Below are positions 1 through 9,082 of a stretch of DNA of 41,564 bases, piece after piece (positions within the stretch are counted from its first letter, which is position 1; each line of letters opens with the position of its first letter). The stretch is from positions 1 to 41,564 of the forward strand of contig DATDWC010000079.1 of assembly GCA_035289805.1 (NCBI GenBank), given 5' to 3'. The position numbers were made by a program, and so were the translations under genes. The stretch is from Candidatus Peribacterales bacterium (GTDB lineage Bacteria > Patescibacteriota > Gracilibacteria > Peribacterales > Peribacteraceae). The notes beneath the pieces are model-generated. The model saw only the letters and a list, made by a program, of their open reading frames with translations. It was not told the origin of the DNA and did no database searches.

Positions 1-35
1 ACTCTAACTCCACTGCACTGAAGATTAATGACCCT

Positions 36-542
36 ATGCCTCACTTCGAGCTCCCAGGGACAGATGGTCTTACGATTCGCTCCAAGGAGATCCGCGATCC
101 TGTTCTCGTTGTGATCTTCACCTGCAATCATTGCCCCTATGCTCAAGCCTATGAAGATCGTTTGATCACTCTTGCGGAAGATTTGGATCAGGAGGGAGTG
201 CAGTTCATTCTGATCAATTCGAACGATGCCACAAACTATCCCGAGGATGATTTTGTGCATATGGAGAAGAAGGTGGAGGAAAAGGGATACCCCTTTCCCT
301 ACTGCCACGATGAATCCCAGGAAGTCGCTAAAGCCTACGGCGCTCTCTGCACGCCGCACTGTTTTGTCTTCAATCGCGAGCGGAAACTCAAATACAAAGG
401 GCGAGTGGATGATAACTGGAAAGAACCGGAAAAAGTGACAGAGCATAACCTCCGGGATGCCTGCCGTGCGATTGCCAGAGATGAGGAACCCCCGGTGCAC
501 GAAGCAAACGCTATAGGGTGTTCTATCAAATGGAAGGAGTAA
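36..542 (+). CDS. Thioredoxin-fold thiol-disulfide oxidoreductase (AhpC/TSA-TlpA-like)
   Basis: 168 aa with a CxxC motif (FTCNHCPY) in the usual redoxin context and a second conserved CTPH stretch. The reading frame stays open to the left window edge, so the true start may lie upstream of base 1. Confidence 0.8.
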   Translation: MPHFELPGTDGLTIRSKEIRDPVLVVIFTCNHCPYAQAYEDRLITLAEDLDQEGVQFILINSNDATNYPEDDFVHMEKKVEEKGYPFPYCHDESQEVAKAYGALCTPHCFVFNRERKLKYKGRVDDNWKEPEKVTEHNLRDACRAIARDEEPPVHEANAIGCSIKWKE

Positions 543-626
543 TAGATATTTATCTGCCATAACTCTTGATTCCTATGTGAGCCAAGAGTAGAACTCCTGT
601 AACTTTAATTCTTTCCAAATATTTCT

Positions 627-809
627 ATGGAAAAGACCTCCCAAGAGCAAGAATTGCCAGCAGGTTTGGCAGGAGAAATCGCCGAAGATCACTCGATGAG
701 TGAAGAGAACAAACAAGACGAGCGCGAGAGGCAAAAGGAAATTAGTCTTCGATTAGAACGGGCAAGTGCCGGAGGAAAATTTGTAAAAACTATGAGGCGT
801 ATTCATTGA
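627..809 (+). CDS. Hypothetical small acidic protein
   Basis: 60 aa ORF in an otherwise empty gap. No recognisable motif. Its 3' end overlaps the convergent phosphoesterase gene by 7 nt. Confidence 0.3.
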   Translation: MEKTSQEQELPAGLAGEIAEDHSMSEENKQDERERQKEISLRLERASAGGKFVKTMRRIH

Positions 810-1771
810 TTTTTGATTCGTAACACCAGTATCTCCGGCGGCGCGAAGAGCCGCGCGCGGGGACCTGTCTCCCCTACTCCGCGCGTAATCGCAAGAGTGG
901 TATTCCCATCCAACGGAAAGATCCCCTGATCGTAGGAACGCGGGAGTTGGGTGGGGAGTGCAGGGAGAGGACCAATGAAAGGAAGACGAATCTGCCCTCC
1001 GTGCGTATGGCCGGAAACAATCAAATTCGCATAGGAAGATCTATTATCCAGGATCACGCTCGGATCATGAGCAAGTAGGATCACGGAGGATTTTTGTGAT
1101 GTCTTCGGGAGGGCGCTTTCCAAGTTATCGTGCCCCGAACAGGCGTCATCAATACCGGCAATGAAAAGTGGTCCCCCTTCCTCTAAAGGCACTTCCACCG
1201 ATTCATTGTTGAGCATGCGTACATTGAGGCGCTCAAGGGTTCGCAGAACTACATTCGATCCATCAAATGTTCCATAGTAGGTGCTGCTCTTCCCCCTGTG
1301 GGAAAGACAGTTGTACTCATGATTTCCCATCACACCAAAAACACCGTAGCGAGCTTTGAGCTCCTGGAGCGGCGCAAGGTGATCGGCAGGATCTGATCCG
1401 TGGTAGGTATAGTCCCCTGCAAGGAGCACAAGATCCGGTGAGAGTGCATTCACTTTCTGAACGAGCCTCTGCATAAATCCTCTGCCTTTGTATGGACCCA
1501 CATGGAAATCGCTAAGCGCAACAATGGTGAGTTTCTCGACTGTTGGTAGCGAAACCCTCTCTTCGGTAATCGAAATCATGCGTGATTCAATGAACGAGCC
1601 GTAGAGCACCGTGAATGAGAAAGCAGCACCAACCACAATGAGCGGTACGCGTCGGAACTTTGACCAGGATCTCTTTTTAAGGCCGATCCATACGAGTCCG
1701 CCGCCTCCGGCGACGAAGAGCAGAATGAGTCCATCCCAAAAGAGGGACATCGTGAAATAGGTCCAGATCAT
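803..1771 (-). CDS. Membrane-anchored metallophosphoesterase (calcineurin-like, YkuE-type)
   Basis: N-terminal TM segments followed by the phosphoesterase motifs DFHVG, GDYTYHG, GNHEY and SGHTHGGQ. An alternative ATG lies at 1750. Confidence 0.85.
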   Translation of the reverse strand: MIWTYFTMSLFWDGLILLFVAGGGGLVWIGLKKRSWSKFRRVPLIVVGAAFSFTVLYGSFIESRMISITEERVSLPTVEKLTIVALSDFHVGPYKGRGFMQRLVQKVNALSPDLVLLAGDYTYHGSDPADHLAPLQELKARYGVFGVMGNHEYNCLSHRGKSSTYYGTFDGSNVVLRTLERLNVRMLNNESVEVPLEEGGPLFIAGIDDACSGHDNLESALPKTSQKSSVILLAHDPSVILDNRSSYANLIVSGHTHGGQIRLPFIGPLPALPTQLPRSYDQGIFPLDGNTTLAITRGVGETGPRARLFAPPEILVLRIKNQ

Positions 1772-1795
1772 CCCCCCTATGGTACACTCCCTGTA

Positions 1796-2293
1796 ATGGC
1801 AAAGCGCGCAAAATCAGCACACAAACGCATCGCCCTGGGTGCCGATCACGCGGGGTTTGCACTCAAGGAATCGCTCCGGGAATACTGCAGAAAGAAAGGA
1901 ATCGATGTGTTGGATGTGGGTACATTCAGTAAGGAATCTGTGGATTACCCGCTCATCGGGAAGAAGATCGCAGAAGTCATGCTCGCAGAGAAGATTTCCG
2001 GAGTTTTCCTTGGAGGTTCTGGATTTGGCGAGTGCATGGCTGGGAATAAAATCGCCGGGATCAGAGCTGCGCGCTGTGCTTCGGTGGAAGACGCAGTCAT
2101 CACACGACGACACAACGATGCAAACATGTTGAATCTCGGCGGGAGGATGATGAAGGGAGCGGAGGCAAAGAAGATTCTCGATGCGTTCCTCACTACCCCC
2201 TTCGATGGCGATCCCAATTCCAAAGAAGATGGCGAGAGGCACGTACGGAGAATAAAGATGCTGCACGAAATGGATGGATATCCCTATCCGTAA
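1796..2293 (+). CDS. rpiB: Ribose-5-phosphate isomerase B
   Basis: 165 aa. RpiB/LacAB family signature (IALGADHAGFALKE ... GSGFGECMAGNK ... RRHNDANMLNLGGR). Confidence 0.9.
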   Translation: MAKRAKSAHKRIALGADHAGFALKESLREYCRKKGIDVLDVGTFSKESVDYPLIGKKIAEVMLAEKISGVFLGGSGFGECMAGNKIAGIRAARCASVEDAVITRRHNDANMLNLGGRMMKGAEAKKILDAFLTTPFDGDPNSKEDGERHVRRIKMLHEMDGYPYP

Positions 2294-2314
2294 ACCCTAC
2301 AGCCCTAACGCCCT

Positions 2315-2947
2315 ATGTCCCAAGTTCTCATCACTCCCTCAATCCTCTCGGCAGACTTTGCAAAACTTCAGGAGGAAGTGGATTCCATCGCTCCCTACAG
2401 TGATTGGCTGCAGGTAGATGTGATGGATGGACACTTCGTGCCGAATTTGAGCTTTGGTGCACCGGTGATGAAAGCAATCAAAACCGATCTTCCACTCGAC
2501 GTGCATTTGATGGTGACAAATCCTGCAGAGCGAATCGATGAATTTGTCGAGGCGGGGGCTTCTCATGTCACATTCCACGCGGAAGCAGTTCCAGGGAGAG
2601 CCGATCAGGAACATCTGGTAAAAGTAATTCGAGCGAAGGGCTGCACTGCTGGCATCGCTATTAATCCGGAGAGTCATCATGATTTGATTCAAACAATGGA
2701 TATTGATCTCGTTCTCTGTATGACTGTGCATCCTGGGAAAGGGGGTCAGCAGTTCCTCGAGAGCGTTCTCCCGAAGATCAAAGAGATTCGTTTGCAGCAC
2801 CCCGATGTGATGATCCAGGTAGATGGAGGCATCAATGCAGAAACTGGCAAACTCTGCAGGGAAGCAGGGGCAAATAATCTCGTTGCAGGGAGTTACATTT
2901 TTAAGAGTAAGGATCGTAAGAAAGCGATCGAGGCACTCCGGGGATGA
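2315..2947 (+). CDS. rpe: Ribulose-phosphate 3-epimerase
   Basis: 210 aa. PSILSADF, DVMDGHFVPN, HLMV, VHPGKGGQ and VDGGIN are typical Rpe motifs. Confidence 0.92.
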   Translation: MSQVLITPSILSADFAKLQEEVDSIAPYSDWLQVDVMDGHFVPNLSFGAPVMKAIKTDLPLDVHLMVTNPAERIDEFVEAGASHVTFHAEAVPGRADQEHLVKVIRAKGCTAGIAINPESHHDLIQTMDIDLVLCMTVHPGKGGQQFLESVLPKIKEIRLQHPDVMIQVDGGINAETGKLCREAGANNLVAGSYIFKSKDRKKAIEALRG

Positions 2948-2971
2948 ACAGAGCCATGATACACTTGGCCC

Positions 2972-3676
2972 ATGTTCTCCATTCAAAACGTGTCTCACGG
3001 AGATCACATTCAGAACCTCTCCTTTGAGGCTGCACCCGGAGAGTGCATTGCGGTAGTTCTCCAAACAAAAAATGATGTACAAGCATTGATCCGCCTCCTC
3101 ACAGGAGAGGAACGATTGGAGAGTGGGAGCATTCTGATTGATGGCATTCCTTTAGAAAAATTAACCCCAAGGCTCCTCCAGATGTATAGGAGAAGCCTCG
3201 GCCTGATGCTTACCGAAGAAGAGCTCCTCCCTGATCGATCTGTGTTCGATCACATCGCAATTCCACTGCGCGCACAGGGGATCTGGAAAAAGAGGAGGGA
3301 GGAACGAATTTTTGCTCTCCTCACAGAGATCCATCTTACGAAGAAGCACTCCGCAGCACTCCACACACTCTCGAGTGGGGAAAAGCGGCGCGTAGCAATC
3401 GCCATGGCACTCGCAATGGAGCCAAAAATCATTATCGTAGAGGATCTCATAAAAGAAGATGATGATCCCGAGACAGAGGAAATCATAAAGAGCCTCCTCG
3501 CAAAAGCGATCCAAAGCGGTGCAACCATCATCATCGGAACGTTGAATGCTGAGCGCTTTCATGCGCTTGATCCAAAGATCATCGGAGGAAGTGGAAAAGA
3601 GAAAGCGAAGGAACAAATCGCAAACACTTCCTGGAAAGCGAAGGAGCGAACCCGCATTATCCCCATGCCCTTATGA
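2972..3676 (+). CDS. FtsE-like ABC ATPase-domain protein with degenerate catalytic motifs
   Basis: 234 aa. The ABC signature (LSSGEKRR) and a Walker-B-like IIIVED are present and the layout is collinear with FtsE. The Walker A position reads VLQTKNDV, the Q-loop Q is missing and the H-loop reads GTLN. The stop overlaps the purM start (ATGA). Confidence 0.65.
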   Translation: MFSIQNVSHGDHIQNLSFEAAPGECIAVVLQTKNDVQALIRLLTGEERLESGSILIDGIPLEKLTPRLLQMYRRSLGLMLTEEELLPDRSVFDHIAIPLRAQGIWKKRREERIFALLTEIHLTKKHSAALHTLSSGEKRRVAIAMALAMEPKIIIVEDLIKEDDDPETEEIIKSLLAKAIQSGATIIIGTLNAERFHALDPKIIGGSGKEKAKEQIANTSWKAKERTRIIPMPL

Positions 3677-4710
3677 CGCCTACCCCAAGCGACAAAACTG
3701 ACTATGCCTCTGCGGGAGTGGATATCGCGCGGGGGGATGAGGCGGTACGAAGGCTTAAAAAACACGTCGAGAGTACATTCAACAAAAATGTGCTGCGGGG
3801 AGTGGGATCATTTGCGGGAGCACTTGCTGCAGAAGAGCTCACAGCGCTCGATGAGCCTGTGATCCTTGCAAGTATCGATGGAGTAGGTACGAAGACCGTC
3901 ATTGCAGAAAAAACCGGGCAATGGGAGGGCATCGGTCACGACATTGTGAATCACGGTGCAAACGACCTCGTCTGCCAAGGTGGCAAAGCAATCCTCTTCC
4001 TCGATTACATTGCCGCAAGCAGATTGGATCCTGCAGTCGTCGAAATCATCGTGAAGGGCATGAGCGATGCATGCAGGGAGGTTGGCTGCGTCTTGATTGG
4101 TGGCGAAACCGCCGAGATGCCGAAGGTCTATAGCGAGGGATCCTACGATGTCGCAGGCACCATCATCGGTATCGTAGAGCGTGAGAAGATGATCACAGGA
4201 GGCATGATCGAAGAGGGTGATGTGCTCGTCGCACTCGGAAGCAACGGCCTCCATACCAATGGCTACTCCCTCGCAAGGAAGGTGCTTCTGGAAGATGCAA
4301 AGATGGATCCGAATGGTGTAGTACCAGAGCTCGGTTGCACTCTGGGCGAAGCTCTCCTCAAACCTCACACGCTGTATGCGAATACCGTTCTCAGGCTCCA
4401 CCACGAAATTGGATTGAAGGGAGTTGCGCACATCACAGGTGGAGGCATCGCGGGGAACCTCATGCGCATCATTCCGGAGGAACTTGGGGGCCGGATCGAA
4501 AAGAAATTGATTCGAAGGCTTGGGATCTTCGATCTGATTCAAAAAATGGGAAATGTGAGCGAGGAGGCAATGTACGAGGCTATGAATATGGGAGTGGGAA
4601 TGATTCTTGTTTGTAATCCGTCACAGGGTGAGAAGATACTTTCTGGCGCTTCTGGGTCCTATGTCATAGGTGAAATTGTTGTTGGAAGTGGAGTTTCTCT
4701 CATAAATTGA
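3673..4710 (+). CDS. purM: Phosphoribosylformylglycinamidine cyclo-ligase (AIR synthetase)
   Basis: 345 aa. The DGVGTK motif, HDIVNHGANDL and LFLDYIA stretches and overall collinearity with PurM. Confidence 0.9.
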   Translation: MTPTPSDKTDYASAGVDIARGDEAVRRLKKHVESTFNKNVLRGVGSFAGALAAEELTALDEPVILASIDGVGTKTVIAEKTGQWEGIGHDIVNHGANDLVCQGGKAILFLDYIAASRLDPAVVEIIVKGMSDACREVGCVLIGGETAEMPKVYSEGSYDVAGTIIGIVEREKMITGGMIEEGDVLVALGSNGLHTNGYSLARKVLLEDAKMDPNGVVPELGCTLGEALLKPHTLYANTVLRLHHEIGLKGVAHITGGGIAGNLMRIIPEELGGRIEKKLIRRLGIFDLIQKMGNVSEEAMYEAMNMGVGMILVCNPSQGEKILSGASGSYVIGEIVVGSGVSLIN

Positions 4711-4741
4711 CATAGTCACATAATTATTATTTAATATTTCC

Positions 4742-5737
4742 ATGTTGGAAGGTAAAGAAATTAATGTGTGCCCAATGTTCGACGGGCTCGGCATTTCTAC
4801 TCGAGGACTACAGCCGATTGTACAAACTCCGGGTATGTACCCATATAAGGAACAAGGAGATGTTCGGAAAAACTGGTCGTACTTTATGTCCTATGGACTA
4901 ACGGCTCTGCGACAAGATTTCACACAGAGATCTGTGCCAAATCCGCGTATCATGGCGCTTACCGGAATTGGAAACGGGCTCGAGGGTATAGCCGCCGCCC
5001 GCATTTTCCCGGATTCGCTCCGCAGGCTCCATGTCATCGATGTTGATCAAGAAATTCTGAGGGGAGCTCTCCATAATATCCGCAGAAATGTCGAAACGAC
5101 TCATTTGGAAATCATTGGCCATGTCGGATCATTTTTTGAACCAATCGAAGGAGATGGCGCAGTGATCGATCTTGCTGCCGGCAATGTGCCGAATCTCCCT
5201 TCGGAAGAAGATCAGAAGCTCATCACCGGTTCAGACAAAGGCACATTCATGCCACGCGAGTGGTTTGAGCGATATCTGCCACCGGAAATATTCTTGAAGT
5301 GGGCACTCGGGACTCAGTACGCATTCCTGATGAGCGCCTCCAAAGTTGTGCGAAAAGAAGGATCAGCAATGACACTCGTCGGAGGAAGATTCCCGCTCCC
5401 GCTTGCGAAGGATCTATTCACGCAAACAGGGTATGAACGCCCAGAGGAGGTCATCTGTGGATTCAAGCAACAGACTGAACCAACACCCGATTACCGCGGA
5501 TACAGCGCGTTCGAACAGGCCTCGGATGATGTGCGATTTGATTTTTATCTCTATGAGAATGCGCAGAAGCGCTTAGCACAGTCCAACATTGGGAATCCGA
5601 CAAGAATCCATACTGGCAGCAAAATCAAATCTACCCTCGAAGATCTGAAAGTAAGCGCGCAGCAAGCATTGGAAGTTCACTCACGAGGAACTACCCTCTT
5701 CGGTCACACGGTGCACCTCTTCCGGGGCATTCGGTAA
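4742..5737 (+). CDS. Hypothetical protein, possible class I SAM-dependent methyltransferase fold
   Basis: 331 aa. Glycine-rich motif-I-like LTGIGNGLEG, acidic beta-2 end VIDVD, and AAGNVPNLP, which resembles a degenerate (D/N)PP(Y/F) motif IV. The functional call is weak. Confidence 0.6.
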   Translation: MLEGKEINVCPMFDGLGISTRGLQPIVQTPGMYPYKEQGDVRKNWSYFMSYGLTALRQDFTQRSVPNPRIMALTGIGNGLEGIAAARIFPDSLRRLHVIDVDQEILRGALHNIRRNVETTHLEIIGHVGSFFEPIEGDGAVIDLAAGNVPNLPSEEDQKLITGSDKGTFMPREWFERYLPPEIFLKWALGTQYAFLMSASKVVRKEGSAMTLVGGRFPLPLAKDLFTQTGYERPEEVICGFKQQTEPTPDYRGYSAFEQASDDVRFDFYLYENAQKRLAQSNIGNPTRIHTGSKIKSTLEDLKVSAQQALEVHSRGTTLFGHTVHLFRGIR

Positions 5738-5755
5738 GAAATACTCGACGAGCGC

Positions 5756-6868
5756 ATGGTACAATCCCCCTCCATGCCTATTGCAACTGATTCCCGAGCC
5801 CTTTCCTGGGCATGCCTGAACCTTCTCACAAAGAAGCGCTACGACTTCCTGATAGCGACATATGGTTCACTGGAAAATGCATGGAATGCTCTGGATCAGA
5901 ATCTCCTGCAAAAATTGGGGTGCCGCGAAGATACGATCTTAAAAGTACTCAACGAAAAAGAAGAGCTCAATCTCGATCAACATCAAACAATCCTGAAGAA
6001 ACAGAATATTCAATTCCTCACGATCGGAGATGAGGAATATCCAGAGGCACTCCGCGAGATTGCAGATCCTCCTGTCTTTCTCTTTGCCAAAGGCAATTTA
6101 GATCTCCTCCGGGAACCCTTGATCGCAATTGTTGGAACAAGGAACATGAGCGCCTATGGGAAGAGGGTAGTGGAAATGCTTGTCCCTCCATTTGTGCACG
6201 CAGGTTTTGTAACGGTGAGCGGTCTCGCGATCGGTATTGATGCGGCGGTTGCAAAGGAGACAATGACCGTGGGTGGCAAAACGATCGCAGTGCTTGGAGC
6301 GGGCTTAAGTGCGATCTACCCCAAAACAAATGCAAGACTCGCGGAGGAAATTGTTGAACATGGCGGCCTCCTCCTCACGGAGTATCCCCTCCATATTGCT
6401 CCGGATAAGTACACCTTTCCCGCACGGAACCGCATCATTGCAGGGATCTCGCTTGGTACAGTCGTGGCAGAAGCTGCCGCTCAGAGCGGATCACTCATTA
6501 CCGCAAGTCTGGCTCTCGAGTACGGGAAGGAAGTGTTCGCAGTCCCAGGACCGATCTTCGATCCCAATATGGAGGGCACACACCACTTGATTCAGAAGAG
6601 CGGTGCCAAACTCATCACTTCTGCAGAGGATGTACTCCTGGAACTTGGCGTTGTGATACCAGAGAAGAGTGCAAATTCCTCTTCCTATGAAGCACAAACC
6701 GCAGAGGAAGAGCTCCTCTGGAAGTGCCTCACCACAATGCCGCAGAGCGTGGATGAACTCACCGAAAAGTCAAAACTGAGCGTTGCCGCAATCAATGCCA
6801 CTCTCACACTCATGGAGCTTAAGGGTGGTGCAAAGAATATCGGCAGAGGGCAGTGGGTAAAAATTTGA
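5756..6868 (+). CDS. dprA: DNA processing protein DprA (Smf)
   Basis: 370 aa. Rossmann-like DprA core (IAIVGTRNMSAYGKRV ... SGLAIGIDAAVAKE ... GAGLSAIYP ... FPARNRIIAG ... SGSLITA) plus a C-terminal winged-helix-like tail. Confidence 0.9.
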   Translation: MVQSPSMPIATDSRALSWACLNLLTKKRYDFLIATYGSLENAWNALDQNLLQKLGCREDTILKVLNEKEELNLDQHQTILKKQNIQFLTIGDEEYPEALREIADPPVFLFAKGNLDLLREPLIAIVGTRNMSAYGKRVVEMLVPPFVHAGFVTVSGLAIGIDAAVAKETMTVGGKTIAVLGAGLSAIYPKTNARLAEEIVEHGGLLLTEYPLHIAPDKYTFPARNRIIAGISLGTVVAEAAAQSGSLITASLALEYGKEVFAVPGPIFDPNMEGTHHLIQKSGAKLITSAEDVLLELGVVIPEKSANSSSYEAQTAEEELLWKCLTTMPQSVDELTEKSKLSVAAINATLTLMELKGGAKNIGRGQWVKI

Positions 6869-6882
6869 GGTATACTAATTAC

Positions 6883-7074
6883 ATGTGGCCTTTCCGCAGT
6901 AAAAGTAAGAAGTTTTCACGCATAGAGAAAGTGATTACAGGGCTCGTGATTGGTGGTGCCATAGGCTCGATCGTGGGCAAAACCCTCATGGATCGTATCC
7001 GCGAGAATGATGGGGAAAAAGACGAGAAGGATGACAAGGAGGAAACTGATATCGAAGAAAGTGATGAGGAATAG
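6883..7074 (+). CDS. Small single-pass membrane protein with acidic tail
   Basis: ATG at 6883 preferred over the GTG at 6853, which would overlap dprA. Basic N-terminus, TM segment VITGLVIGGAIGSIVG and a D/E/K-rich C-terminus. Confidence 0.45.
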   Translation: MWPFRSKSKKFSRIEKVITGLVIGGAIGSIVGKTLMDRIRENDGEKDEKDDKEETDIEESDEE

Positions 7075-7158
7075 GCTTTTCCCGCAATAATTGCAGTAAT
7101 TAAAAATGTAGTTGTCAAAAAAAACCAAAGTTCTACCATGAGAAACTAATTAACCATT

Positions 7159-7563
7159 TTGCTTTTGACGAATAATACAGAAGCACCGGAGGCAAGATTC
7201 TTTCCAGCATATCAGCAACGGGTACTCTATTGCCCACGAATAAATCCCAACTGGCCAGAAGAGCTCGAAGCATGGAATGCATTTGCACTCGATGATAAGA
7301 CCAACACCGTCATGGCAGTTGCAAGAAACAAGAAAGAACTCATGCGCATTCTCGCCGAGCACCATATAAAGATTGCAGGAAGTGGAACAATCTTTCTTTT
7401 AAGAAAGAACTTTTCACAAAACAAACTGGTGGAATCTCACTCTCCAAGCAATTCCTCTACAAGATTGACCTCGGACTCAGTGGTCGGGGATGTGTCCTCC
7501 TCCACTCCCAATCCCTCTTCGATCACAAGCACAGGATCTTCGACGACGGCAGTGGGCTCGTAA
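7159..7563 (+). CDS. Hypothetical protein (doubtful)
   Basis: TTG-initiated 134 aa ORF with no motif. Its last ~127 nt overlap the 3' end of the convergent signal-peptide ORF 7437-8000. Confidence 0.25.
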   Translation: MLLTNNTEAPEARFFPAYQQRVLYCPRINPNWPEELEAWNAFALDDKTNTVMAVARNKKELMRILAEHHIKIAGSGTIFLLRKNFSQNKLVESHSPSNSSTRLTSDSVVGDVSSSTPNPSSITSTGSSTTAVGS

Positions 7564-8000
7564 GTTTCCTCCGTTTCCTCAGATTGATTTGCGGATGATT
7601 CATCTTCAATTGCTATGGCTTCTTCCTCTGTAGGAGAGGCATCTTCTTCGATATCTTCTGTTTCCTCTGTCGCACTTTCTTCTGTAACTTCTTCCTCCTC
7701 CACATCTGTGGCCGGCGTCTCCTCTGATACTGTGTCCTCTTCCTCACTCACTTCCTCTACAACTTCTTCGGTCTGCTCCTCAATCACGACGACTCCCTCC
7801 TCTCCAAGTTCCGCTTCTGCGAGAGCAGCGTACTTCTTCCAGGAATCCGACTTCCCTTCTGCATCCCCTGCCTGCACCACAATGATCTGTCGCGTAGCGA
7901 CTGCCTGCTTTTCCGTAGGTGCAGGAGGCACGAACACGGAATGGGCGAAGAGGCCGACAAGAACGAGGAATACAAGAGCTGGCATGGTTTTGATGTTCAT
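7437..8000 (-). CDS. Secreted, extremely acidic (E/T/V-rich) low-complexity protein
   Basis: 187 aa. Clear N-terminal signal/anchor (MNIKTMPALVFLVLVGLFAHSVF), then a long Glu-rich region. Lies directly downstream of mltG on the same strand. Confidence 0.6.
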   Translation of the reverse strand: MNIKTMPALVFLVLVGLFAHSVFVPPAPTEKQAVATRQIIVVQAGDAEGKSDSWKKYAALAEAELGEEGVVVIEEQTEEVVEEVSEEEDTVSEETPATDVEEEEVTEESATEETEDIEEDASPTEEEAIAIEDESSANQSEETEETYEPTAVVEDPVLVIEEGLGVEEDTSPTTESEVNLVEELLGE

Positions 8001-8036
8001 AGATATTATACACTATTTTTCATGTTTCGTCTATAT

Positions 8037-9053
8037 CTACAAAAACCGCGCTTTATTAGCATTGTGATCATCGTTTGTTTCGGCATAGCGGATCACCCCG
8101 TCCTTCCCATGGAGGTAGTACCAGTAGGGGCTCTCCTTAGGGTGCAGAGCCGCCTGGATGCTCTGTAAGCCGGCATTTGCGATAGGGCCGGGGGGCAGTC
8201 CCACATGTTTTCTGGTGTTATAAGGCGAAGGATTTTCCAGATCTTCACGCGTGAGGGGCTCTGTAGACTTTAAGAGTGCATACCGGATAGTGGCATCTAC
8301 ATCGAGTCCCTGATTCGCATCGAAGCGCTTCCAGAGAATCCCGGAGACTATGGGGCGCTCCTCATCCGTCTTCGTCTCTCGCTCGATGAGCGAAGACATA
8401 ATCACGATCTCTTTAAGTGAGCGCTCTGATACTGCAAGATCTTCCGCTAACCCCTCGATGATGCGTGTGCGGAATGTCCCAAGCATCCGCTCGAGGAAAA
8501 GCTGAGGGACGAATTCGTTCGGGTTCACAAAGTACGTATCGGGGAAGAGGTATCCCTCTAGTCTTCGAGCTCGATCTGAGGGCGCATCGAGAAATCCTTC
8601 TCCATCATTAAGAAAATCAAACGAGGAAAAATCACACGTCGCAGCGCATGCAAGGAGCGCTCCCTGCTCTCCTAAGCCATTCTCGGCAAGGAGTGCATCG
8701 ATTTGATCGACTGTATACCCTTCCGGAATAGTGATCGTAACCTCCTGACCCTTCGCACTTGCGAGGATTTCTGCAATCTCCGCAAACGTTGCGTCTTCCG
8801 GAATCGAGAACGTTCCTGTTTTCACTCCTGTATCGAGTCCATTGATCTGGAGGTAGAGGCGGAAGGCAAATGCCGAAGGAACCAGACCATGCTGTTTAAG
8901 TGCCTGCGATATCTCCCGCACCGTCATGCCGCTTTCCACTTGTATCTCCGTTGGCCCCCCGAGGCCCTCCCCTCCTCCCATGACCTGGAGGAAGAAGATC
9001 GTTGCGCCAAACGAGAGGAGAAAGAGGAAGAAGAGTGCGCGGAGAAATTTCAT
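8037..9053 (-). CDS. mltG: Endolytic murein transglycosylase MltG (YceG family)
   Basis: 338 aa. N-terminal TM and the YceG-type C-terminal motif (PSPYNTRKHVGLPPGPIANAGLQSIQAALHP). Confidence 0.9.
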   Translation of the reverse strand: MKFLRALFFLFLLSFGATIFFLQVMGGGEGLGGPTEIQVESGMTVREISQALKQHGLVPSAFAFRLYLQINGLDTGVKTGTFSIPEDATFAEIAEILASAKGQEVTITIPEGYTVDQIDALLAENGLGEQGALLACAATCDFSSFDFLNDGEGFLDAPSDRARRLEGYLFPDTYFVNPNEFVPQLFLERMLGTFRTRIIEGLAEDLAVSERSLKEIVIMSSLIERETKTDEERPIVSGILWKRFDANQGLDVDATIRYALLKSTEPLTREDLENPSPYNTRKHVGLPPGPIANAGLQSIQAALHPKESPYWYYLHGKDGVIRYAETNDDHNANKARFL

Positions 9054-9082
9054 GCGGAAGGAGTATACCGCTTTCTTCGAGT

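Noticed and set aside
7615-8067. A 150 aa Ser-rich plus-strand ORF.
   Set aside because: It is the reverse complement of the Glu-rich secreted protein gene (GAA/GAG read as TTC/CTC and so on). It has no signal of its own, and the minus-strand ORF has a proper signal peptide.
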